This document shows, piece after piece, positions 49,342 to 55,979 of a stretch of DNA of 64,000 nucleotides (positions are counted from its first letter, which is position 1; every line of letters starts with the position of its first letter). A model generated the notes under the pieces. It had not been told where the DNA came from. It made no database searches and was given only the letters and a program-made list of their open reading frames with translations. Source of the DNA: a virus; IMG/VR virus record IMGVR_UViG_2786546475_000019, positions 974 to 64,973 of that record. One strand, written 5' to 3'. The translations under genes and the position numbers were made by a program.

Positions 49342-49508
49342 TTGTCTCTCCGTACAGGTAGATGGTAATATTGGCCGTGTTCTTCAAACAAACATCTGAT
49401 AAAAATGTTCACTTTTGACATTTCTGTCCACGGCCCTTTAGAGGCCATCCAAATTACAAAAAGTCCGGCCCCCAATATTAAAGCCATTGATAAAGCTTTG
49501 TGTTTCAT
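49338..49508 (-). CDS. small membrane protein (start corrected to the cassette ATG)
   Basis: The AAAGGAATATCATG ribosome-binding site and start lie within repeated cassette A. MKHKALSMALILGAGLFVIWMAS. Confidence 0.35.
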   Translation of the reverse strand: MKHKALSMALILGAGLFVIWMASKGPWTEMSKVNIFIRCLFEEHGQYYHLPVRRDK

Positions 49509-49580
49509 GATATTCCTTTCTAAACAAGTAAACAACGGTCCACGCTCCATGATACTTGGAGCGTGGTACGTTGGCTACTC
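49506..49580 (-). promoter_or_regulatory. Repeated upstream cassette A (conserved boxes, variable hairpin, ribosome-binding site and ATG)
   Basis: Minus strand: GTAGCCAACGTACC, then hairpin ccacgctcca-tgatactt-ggagcgtgg, then GGACCGTTGTTTACT, then RBS and ATG. Confidence 0.6.
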
Positions 49581-49586
49581 TTACCG

Positions 49587-50147
49587 TTAGGTAGACTCAA
49601 ACGTTACGATATCCGGGTCTTGTAGCCCTCCGCCTAAGTCGGAAGCTTTCAACTCAAATTCGTAATTAACTCCACGGAACCCCGTGAAGTTATCACCGAC
49701 CCAGCCGTCGAAAGTGAACTCAACCCGCACCGTGACAGTAGGAGCGGGAATAGCTACTTCCTCAATGAATACGTCGGTCCAGCCTTGACCGCCAGAACCT
49801 CCATTAAGCGGGTTAGTGTTGTTTCCCCAATTCATAGGAAATTTTATAGTTTCCGTCACGCTCACGGGACCATTTGGGCCTTCTACCACGACAGTGTGGT
49901 CAACCATTTGATAAGTTCTCACGTGAACTGCAAGCCACTCCAAACGATTGTCAACCCACCAAGTTGCAGTTAAGTTAACTTTTGTAACGTCCCCGGCTGA
50001 GACTTCCGTGACTCCCATTGAGGCGGAGCTGTAGTAGTCTCCGGAAGTGCCGTGCACCGGGTTGTTGCCGCCTCCGCCTACTTGACCGTAAGCAGTTGTT
50101 GCTACGAGCAACAGAATAGTAAACAACACAAGTGATAAAATACGCAT
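49587..50147 (-). CDS. secreted hypothetical protein
   Basis: N-terminal signal peptide MRILSLVLFTILLLVATTAYGQ. Confidence 0.45.
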   Translation of the reverse strand: MRILSLVLFTILLLVATTAYGQVGGGGNNPVHGTSGDYYSSASMGVTEVSAGDVTKVNLTATWWVDNRLEWLAVHVRTYQMVDHTVVVEGPNGPVSVTETIKFPMNWGNNTNPLNGGSGGQGWTDVFIEEVAIPAPTVTVRVEFTFDGWVGDNFTGFRGVNYEFELKASDLGGGLQDPDIVTFEST

Positions 50148-50189
50148 AGTCTCTCCTTAAAAGAGTAAAGATTTGTGGTCCGTGGACCA

Positions 50190-51014
50190 TCATTTAGTAG
50201 GACGACACAATGCTCGTGTCTTCCAGTAGTTGAAGCTACGTTCCAACTCTTTGACGAACGCTTCCGCATCCATCTGAGTATCAGTGCCGCCGTCGCTGCC
50301 GAAGTGGTTGTGCAGCAACGTTTCAGGTTTCATCGGAGCATTCAGGTCTTCTAAGTCCACCCCAGCGTTGACTGAGATGATATTCCACCGCCCGTAGGCT
50401 TGTTCTCCGCTCTCATAGAGCACGTCTCGATGATAAAGGACGACTTCGACGTGGCAGGCGGCGGCCTTATTTACGCCGTCCAAGTATTCATGCCGACGTG
50501 GCGACTCGCCGTCACGTCGTGGCTTATACTCCACGATCAAAGTATCATTGTTCCGAAGCTTACGAATAGGGCAATAAACCCCGTTCGCGTCAATCGGAAC
50601 GATGATAACTCCGTCTCTATAGCCGGGACGCTGCTCGTGAAATCGGGCTTGTACCTGTTCAACGAGCACTTCGTCTGAGAACTTCCAGTGGGAGAACTCA
50701 CTATTGGCTGTCTGCCGACTAACGAAGTCGTGGACCGCTACGTCTGGAGCTGGGTTGCTCCAGTTCTGTTGCGTAACCTGCAACACGGTGGGTTCTCCAT
50801 TAGGGTGGATCGCCGCTTTGTCCCTTGGCTCGTAGTCATAAATGAAGGTATCTCCGTCCGAGGATTGAAGGGCATTACGCCCCGATCCATCTTCTTCTGC
50901 GTCGCCGTAGGGGACGTAGCCGTTTTTAAGAAGTATGATAAATTCGTCGTTACTTAACATTTGTTGGTTGTCAGTTTTCATCTCGCTCTCCTGTTTATTT
51001 AACAAGCTTTCCAT
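50190..51014 (-). CDS. hypothetical protein
   Basis: 274 aa. Confidence 0.4.
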   Translation of the reverse strand: MESLLNKQESEMKTDNQQMLSNDEFIILLKNGYVPYGDAEEDGSGRNALQSSDGDTFIYDYEPRDKAAIHPNGEPTVLQVTQQNWSNPAPDVAVHDFVSRQTANSEFSHWKFSDEVLVEQVQARFHEQRPGYRDGVIIVPIDANGVYCPIRKLRNNDTLIVEYKPRRDGESPRRHEYLDGVNKAAACHVEVVLYHRDVLYESGEQAYGRWNIISVNAGVDLEDLNAPMKPETLLHNHFGSDGGTDTQMDAEAFVKELERSFNYWKTRALCRPTK

Positions 51015-51283
51015 TCAGCAATAAGTTTAGCAGCTTCGGGTGAGACTTTCACCCACTGTTTCACTGAAATGTCCTCATGGGTTTCAACAGCTGCCGTGAT
51101 ACGTGTGTTGGTCTTCGGACCATTAGCCGCTAAGCCAAAGAGTCCACCGCACTCAGAACTCCAGTAAAGGACCATTCGAGCGTTTCGCAATTTGATAGGC
51201 TTTCCAGCTTCGGGGTCTTTGTCCGCCATACCGATTATAACGGCTCGTCCGTTTTCCCCGCAACAAACTAGATACATCGACAT
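50999..51283 (-). CDS. hypothetical protein
   Basis: 94 aa. Confidence 0.35.
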   Translation of the reverse strand: MSMYLVCCGENGRAVIIGMADKDPEAGKPIKLRNARMVLYWSSECGGLFGLAANGPKTNTRITAAVETHEDISVKQWVKVSPEAAKLIAEWKAC

Positions 51284-51284
51284 T

Positions 51285-51629
51285 TCAGTCTCCTCTTATC
51301 AATTGATAAATTTCTTTGTAAGTATGTACTGGCATATTATACTTGTCCGCTATATCCTGCCAGTTCTCTTCCCACCAGCTAAAAGAATGACACTGACCCC
51401 CAACTTTCAACACTCCAAAGTCTTGGTTGACTTCTACTTTGCGGCCGTGTAAAATTCCGAGTGTTATCAGTTTGCCGTAGCCGTAGCCGTAGCCGTAGCC
51501 GTAGCCGTCGCCGTCGCCGTAGCCGTCGCCGTAGCCGTAGCCGTAGCCGTAGCCGTCGCCGTAGCCGTAGCCGGTCCCGTAGCCGGTCCCGTAGCCGGTC
51601 CCGTAGCCGTCGCCGTGGTTACTTAACAT
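51285..51629 (-). CDS. protein with an N-terminal (G-Y-G / D-G-Y)n low-complexity repeat
   Basis: About 50 residues of GYGTGYGTGYGYGDGYGYGYGYGDGYGDGDGYGYGYGYGYG, encoded by a GCCGTAGCC tandem DNA repeat at 51477-51620. Followed by a 60-aa globular tail. Confidence 0.45.
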   Translation of the reverse strand: MLSNHGDGYGTGYGTGYGTGYGYGDGYGYGYGYGDGYGDGDGYGYGYGYGYGKLITLGILHGRKVEVNQDFGVLKVGGQCHSFSWWEENWQDIADKYNMPVHTYKEIYQLIRGD

Positions 51630-51726
51630 TTGATAGTTCCTTATAAATGATCAACTTTGGTCTTTGCTTCACGCGGACCGATGTACGGTTCCAACGTAAA
51701 TAAGTCATTGATATTTTCACATAGTT

Positions 51727-51933
51727 TCATCTTGCTCTCCTGTTTGCTCGCTTAGCGAGTCGTTGAGTTTCAGGATCGTCCGGAAGTATCACTAGCGATC
51801 CTGCGGTCTTATGGCCGTACACCATGTACCCTGTAGCACGCTCCGTGGTGCTACAGGTTGCACACGTCATTGTGTGCGGAAGTACCTCTAAGCGTTCACT
51901 ATCAATTTGTGTTTTGCAGTTTATGCAGTTCAC
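51727..51933 (-). CDS. DksA/TraR-type C4 zinc-finger protein
   Basis: CINCKTQI...17 aa...CATCS spacing and a basic C-terminus. Confidence 0.4.
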   Translation of the reverse strand: MNCINCKTQIDSERLEVLPHTMTCATCSTTERATGYMVYGHKTAGSLVILPDDPETQRLAKRANRRAR

Positions 51934-52178
51934 TCTTGCTCCTTCCAGAACTTGATATTTTTGACAACCCCTTCGGCGAGGTCAGCGATAGAATCTATCA
52001 CTTCTCGCTCACAACCGGGAATGGTGTAGAAGTAATTAAACTCCCCACCCTCGGTGAAGGTAACAAGTTGCGTGAAGCGACCCTTGTTTATCTTGGACAA
52101 GTGCCAGTAGACTTCGCGAACGCCTTCGTTAAGAAAAATGTAACAGGGAGTTTCGCCAATGACTTTAGTTTCGTACAT
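51930..52178 (-). CDS. hypothetical protein (start set at the cassette-like AGGATTATCATG)
   Basis: RBS and ATG copy at 52176-52190. MYETKVIGETPCYIF... Confidence 0.35.
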   Translation of the reverse strand: MYETKVIGETPCYIFLNEGVREVYWHLSKINKGRFTQLVTFTEGGEFNYFYTIPGCEREVIDSIADLAEGVVKNIKFWKEQE

Positions 52179-52188
52179 GATAATCCTT

Positions 52189-52695
52189 TCAGATTGAGTA
52201 AGTGCGAGATTGAAGTGCTTGTTTCGGTTCACGGCCCTTGTACTTAGTTCCAGGCTGCTCGAACCACGTTCCACGTGAGATGTGAATATCCAAGTCAAGA
52301 TATTCATACTTCGGGACGTTATAATAGTCTGCTAAGTCGTAAACGTCCAGATTATCAAGATCTGGAATTGGTCGCAACGTAATATGCGACAGTACGTAAG
52401 CCGCCACATTACGTTGCTTACGCTTGAGCGTTGGGTTAGCCGCTTGGACCGTGGCCCACAGCCGCTCAAAAGACTCTAGAGTTGGACACAACTCAATGAT
52501 AGATACTCTCTTAGACATTGGCCACGGCTCCCATCTTAAGAACCTTGGCACACATTGCCAACAATTTGGCGTGGTGTCGGGGAGCTTCAACATGGTTCTC
52601 GAACCATGAATCATCCGCCCCACATGGTAGCTTGACTCCCCCGGCTCGGAAGTATTGATAATTGTGCCGTGCGACACGGGCATTGTCCCGTGCAT
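52189..52695 (-). CDS. hypothetical protein (start uncertain; the 5' part overlaps the next gene by up to 185 nt)
   Basis: ORF-track entry. The downstream in-frame start MSKRVSIIEL (52518) would remove the overlap. Confidence 0.25.
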   Translation of the reverse strand: MHGTMPVSHGTIINTSEPGESSYHVGRMIHGSRTMLKLPDTTPNCWQCVPRFLRWEPWPMSKRVSIIELCPTLESFERLWATVQAANPTLKRKQRNVAAYVLSHITLRPIPDLDNLDVYDLADYYNVPKYEYLDLDIHISRGTWFEQPGTKYKGREPKQALQSRTYSI

Positions 52696-53062
52696 TGAGC
52701 AAGCACTCCCGTCTCGTGGCCCGTGGCGGACGAAGATGGTCGAATTTCATCAAAAGAACGCTATCAATGGAAGATTTCCCGCATCCTGCGTCTCGCAGCG
52801 TGCGAATATCATCCGCTGCGGCTTTGCGAGCGGTTCGAACCCACTCAATATGGGCCAGAGCTTCCCGATAAAGGTCGATCTGTTCGCTGATCCAGTAGCC
52901 AAGGGTGGCCTCAAAATCATGGAGAGTTACTTGATAGTCCAGAGTTCCGACCCAACGTAGCGGGGTGCCTGGAATGTAAGCTTTGTAGTCGTGGCCGGAA
53001 GCCTCGACCTCGACAGGCAAATCGTTGACGTAGAACATTCCAAGAGGTTGCATAGCTTTCAT
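52511..53062 (-). CDS. hypothetical protein (start corrected to the cassette ATG)
   Basis: AAAGGATTATCATG at 53060-53075 (minus strand). MKAMQPLGMFYVND... Confidence 0.4.
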   Translation of the reverse strand: MKAMQPLGMFYVNDLPVEVEASGHDYKAYIPGTPLRWVGTLDYQVTLHDFEATLGYWISEQIDLYREALAHIEWVRTARKAAADDIRTLRDAGCGKSSIDSVLLMKFDHLRPPRATRRECLLNARDNARVARHNYQYFRAGGVKLPCGADDSWFENHVEAPRHHAKLLAMCAKVLKMGAVANV

Positions 53063-53140
53063 GATAATCCTTTCAAGTGAGAAAAAAGTAAACAACGGTC
53101 CCTGCACCTCACGAGTGCATGGTACGTTGGCTACTGGCTT
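53060..53140 (-). promoter_or_regulatory. Repeated upstream cassette B
   Basis: Same conserved boxes as cassette A. Hairpin ctgcacctcacgagtgcatgg. Confidence 0.6.
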
Positions 53141-53144
53141 GCTA

Positions 53145-53570
53145 CTAAACAATTGCCCTCTGATTCAGTTCAGGAACAACAGTGTGAGCTATCAATATCC
53201 CAAGCTTGACGCCCCAGTTGACGAGTCTTTGATAAGCTTCGTCCAGCTCCGCCAACGTCTTATATTTAAGGGTCAGCCCGCTGATTAGCAAAGGCTCACC
53301 GTCGCGAGTCGCTCGCAACACGCATTTCCCGTCCCCGGTTGTGATAGAAAAGCTGCATTTATCAGCTAGTCGTAGCTGCGGTATGCCAACCATGTTCAAT
53401 TTTCGTCGAACGTATTGGCGAGCCGCCTGGGAGTCCGTAGCATACGTGACCTTGAGGTGCTCAATAATTTGTTGAGTGTCGGACGTGCCATACAGCTCCT
53501 GAAGTCGCTGATCGGTCTCAAACATCAGAAGTTGCTCGATGAAATTCCAAGTCGTGTGATTGTTAATCAT
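53145..53570 (-). CDS. hypothetical protein
   Basis: 141 aa, starting at the cassette C ATG. Confidence 0.45.
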   Translation of the reverse strand: MINNHTTWNFIEQLLMFETDQRLQELYGTSDTQQIIEHLKVTYATDSQAARQYVRRKLNMVGIPQLRLADKCSFSITTGDGKCVLRATRDGEPLLISGLTLKYKTLAELDEAYQRLVNWGVKLGILIAHTVVPELNQRAIV

Positions 53571-53650
53571 GATAATCCTTTCAAGAAATTAGTAAACAAC
53601 GGTCCATGCACCTCATGGGTGCACGGTACGTCAGCTACCAACTACTTATA
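53568..53650 (-). promoter_or_regulatory. Repeated upstream cassette C
   Basis: catgataatcctttcaag...agtaaacaacggtcc-atgcacctcatgggtgcacgg-tacgtcagctac. Confidence 0.6.
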
Positions 53651-54014
53651 CTTCAGTCCGCCACTTAAGCCAGAATTCCAACATAGCGTTAAAGTTGTGG
53701 TAAGTCCCGTCGTCTTCGACGTTATGATAATCTTCAAGGTCCAACGGGGCGAACTCCTCAAGTGTCTCACGCAACGGTCTGACGGTGTGTGAACCATTCG
53801 TTGAGTAAGAATATGAAACTTCCGTTAACGCCTCACATCGCACAATAAAGGTTTCGAAAGTTTTCTCAAGCCGAGATTGGAGCCTGCGATCTTTGATTTC
53901 TCGAACTATCAGTACCGGGGTTCCTGGTCCTTTGACCAATAACCCTTTCTTGATTTCGATTCGGTTCTCTTTGACTTCTCGACAGATTTTGAACAACATA
54001 GACTTAGCTTTCAT
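53646..54014 (-). CDS. hypothetical protein
   Basis: 122 aa, starting at the cassette D ATG. Confidence 0.45.
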   Translation of the reverse strand: MKAKSMLFKICREVKENRIEIKKGLLVKGPGTPVLIVREIKDRRLQSRLEKTFETFIVRCEALTEVSYSYSTNGSHTVRPLRETLEEFAPLDLEDYHNVEDDGTYHNFNAMLEFWLKWRTEV

Positions 54015-54090
54015 GATAATCCTTTCAAGTGAGAAACAGTAAACAACGGTCCGGGCTACCCGTGGGCAGCACGGTACGTTGGCTATTGAT
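54012..54090 (-). promoter_or_regulatory. Repeated upstream cassette D
   Basis: catgataatcctttcaagtgagaaacagtaaacaacggtcc-gggctacccgtgggcagcacgg-tacgttggctat. Confidence 0.6.
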
Positions 54091-54285
54091 AGACCTAGGC
54101 CCGAAGGCCCAGGATTAAATCCAGATTGTCAAAGATCAAAATTATCATTTGTGTCCCGCCACTGGCGGAAATGATATGATAGCTTACAGACCTACGGTCA
54201 ATCTATTCTATACTTAATATCGGCAATTGGGAAGTAAGAAAATAGATTATTTTTGAAAATAATCAAAACTTTATCATATCATTTT

Positions 54286-54627
54286 TTACACTGTTTCCTT
54301 CTCAATGATAATCCCATTGATTTCGAATTGGTTCGTGACCATATGCCAATGCATATCATTATACAGGAACCGATAGCAAGTTCTCCGATACCTGAACTCG
54401 TGACTAGGCCCATGGGCCGTGTACTCGGGTGTAGGCCATTTATCAATGTACCCTGTTAGAGACACGGACCTTTCATCTGGAAAAAAGAATTCAGGCTCTT
54501 GGACCTTGATCAATTCATCGTTGGACAAGTTACGGAGCCAAAGCCTATCTTCATCAAGATGATAATTTGCCTGCCACTCAAACCAAGCTTCAAACTCAGT
54601 CATGAAACAGTATGGGTTTCTGTTCAT
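54286..54627 (-). CDS. hypothetical protein (start trimmed to remove overlap with the Dam gene)
   Basis: GGAG-5 nt-ATG at 54625-54636 (minus strand). MNRNPYCFMTEFEAWFEWQ... Confidence 0.35.
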   Translation of the reverse strand: MNRNPYCFMTEFEAWFEWQANYHLDEDRLWLRNLSNDELIKVQEPEFFFPDERSVSLTGYIDKWPTPEYTAHGPSHEFRYRRTCYRFLYNDMHWHMVTNQFEINGIIIEKETV

Positions 54628-54628
54628 G

Positions 54629-55396
54629 TTAACTCCCAAGAATATAAAGTGCTTCAACCACGGAAGATCGAATCTCGCCAGCAGATTGATAGATTCGATA
54701 CTCGTACTTTTCAGTCCATTCCTGAGCTTCCAAGTATGTGTTCTTGTAGTGATTGATAACAACAGTGCCTTGTCGGTCCTTGGCCCACGAAACAATTTCC
54801 TCAAGCGAGATCAGATCGAACCCTTGTGTCTCATCGTAAGGCGGGTCCAAGTAGAATAACGCATCGACACTATCATATGAAGCTAGCTTCTTCCAGTCCC
54901 AATTCTCGATTTGCCACTTGCTAATACGAGCACGAAGCAGGGGCCAGATTCTCATTTTACTGGCTACATTCGGCTGCTTCTGTGAGAAGTTGCGAGCGTA
55001 GTTAAGCCTCCGCCCCAAGTAAGACATAACCGCTGTCACGTACCACTTTGCTGCACGCTTCACGGGGTTACTTGATAGCTGCCAAGTCTTTTTGCAATGC
55101 AACCATTCTTCTTCGGAAGAAGGATGATACTTTTTAAGTTCTTCGACAAGCTCCTCGTAGTGGTTACGGAACGCTCGATAGAAGTCAATGATCCCGGAGT
55201 CTTTATCATTAAACACCATGTACGGGAACTGAGCCACGTTCAATGATACCATTCCTGTCCCGCCAAACACGTCAATAAATTTCTTGTGCGTGTCTCGCAT
55301 GTGGTTCAGAATAGGAAGAATATGTTGCAAGGCCCGTGCCTTAGACCCTATCATTCGAAACGGAGCTTCACGTTTCTTGAAGTCTTTATCAGTCAT
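54629..55396 (-). CDS. DNA N6-adenine methyltransferase (Dam / D12 class)
   Basis: Motif I DVFGGTG near the N-terminus and motif IV DPPY near the C-terminus. Confidence 0.7.
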   Translation of the reverse strand: MTDKDFKKREAPFRMIGSKARALQHILPILNHMRDTHKKFIDVFGGTGMVSLNVAQFPYMVFNDKDSGIIDFYRAFRNHYEELVEELKKYHPSSEEEWLHCKKTWQLSSNPVKRAAKWYVTAVMSYLGRRLNYARNFSQKQPNVASKMRIWPLLRARISKWQIENWDWKKLASYDSVDALFYLDPPYDETQGFDLISLEEIVSWAKDRQGTVVINHYKNTYLEAQEWTEKYEYRIYQSAGEIRSSVVEALYILGS

Positions 55397-55641
55397 CCTA
55401 GTATCTCCAAGAGAACATTTAATTGGTCAGCACACGTCCGATACCCTTGTCGCTCGGCTTCGCGACGGTTTTCAAACTCCTGACCTTCTGGAGACCCATC
55501 AACTATTTCAGGTCGAGCCCCTTTCTCTCGCCACTTCTCAATCAACGCTTCTAAAACTTCTCGCTTGATACTTTTAGTCATACGACTTTCCTCCCGTGTG
55601 TTAATGTAATTGTTTCGCCAGTTTGGGTAGTCTCTGTCCAC
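55393..55641 (-). CDS. hypothetical protein (GTG start)
   Basis: 82 aa. Confidence 0.3.
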   Translation of the reverse strand: MDRDYPNWRNNYINTREESRMTKSIKREVLEALIEKWREKGARPEIVDGSPEGQEFENRREAERQGYRTCADQLNVLLEILG

Positions 55642-55976
55642 GTCTTAGACCACGGACCTCGAATTGATAGCATCCACCCTTTGCCCTCGACCTTATGGTT
55701 CAGCTCGTGAGGTGTGTACTTTACTCGGAACTTTTTATACTCCCGTGGCCAGCCGTAAATACAGTCAAAGTCGTCCGGTTTCCGAACAAACTCCGTGGCC
55801 CATCCCATTAGGAGCATGGTCCATGCATTGAACGCATGGGTGTGGAAGTTCCGTTCAGCAGCACCGCCCTTCACTCGAAGCAGAACGATTGAGAACAAAC
55901 ATTTGATTTCAATGATAAAGAACCCTGTTACGTTGGACTTTGGTCCACCATCTTTACGCCATGATAATAACCTCAT
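55578..55976 (-). CDS. hypothetical protein
   Basis: 132 aa; the 3' end overlaps the next ORF by 64 nt. Confidence 0.35.
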   Translation of the reverse strand: MRLLSWRKDGGPKSNVTGFFIIEIKCLFSIVLLRVKGGAAERNFHTHAFNAWTMLLMGWATEFVRKPDDFDCIYGWPREYKKFRVKYTPHELNHKVEGKGWMLSIRGPWSKTWTETTQTGETITLTHGRKVV

Positions 55977-55979
55977 AGT

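Noticed and set aside
51461-51646. ORF 51461..51646 (+) encoding an RS-dipeptide repeat (SRSRSR...)
   Set aside because: It is the opposite-strand reading of the GCCGTAGCC repeat that encodes the GYG-repeat protein on the minus strand. It has no independent start context.
54253-54459. Plus-strand ORF 54253..54459 at the edge of the 54015-54285 intergenic region
   Set aside because: It mostly overlaps the minus-strand gene 54286..54627 in antisense, and its start lies in the AT-rich palindrome. It is probably not coding.
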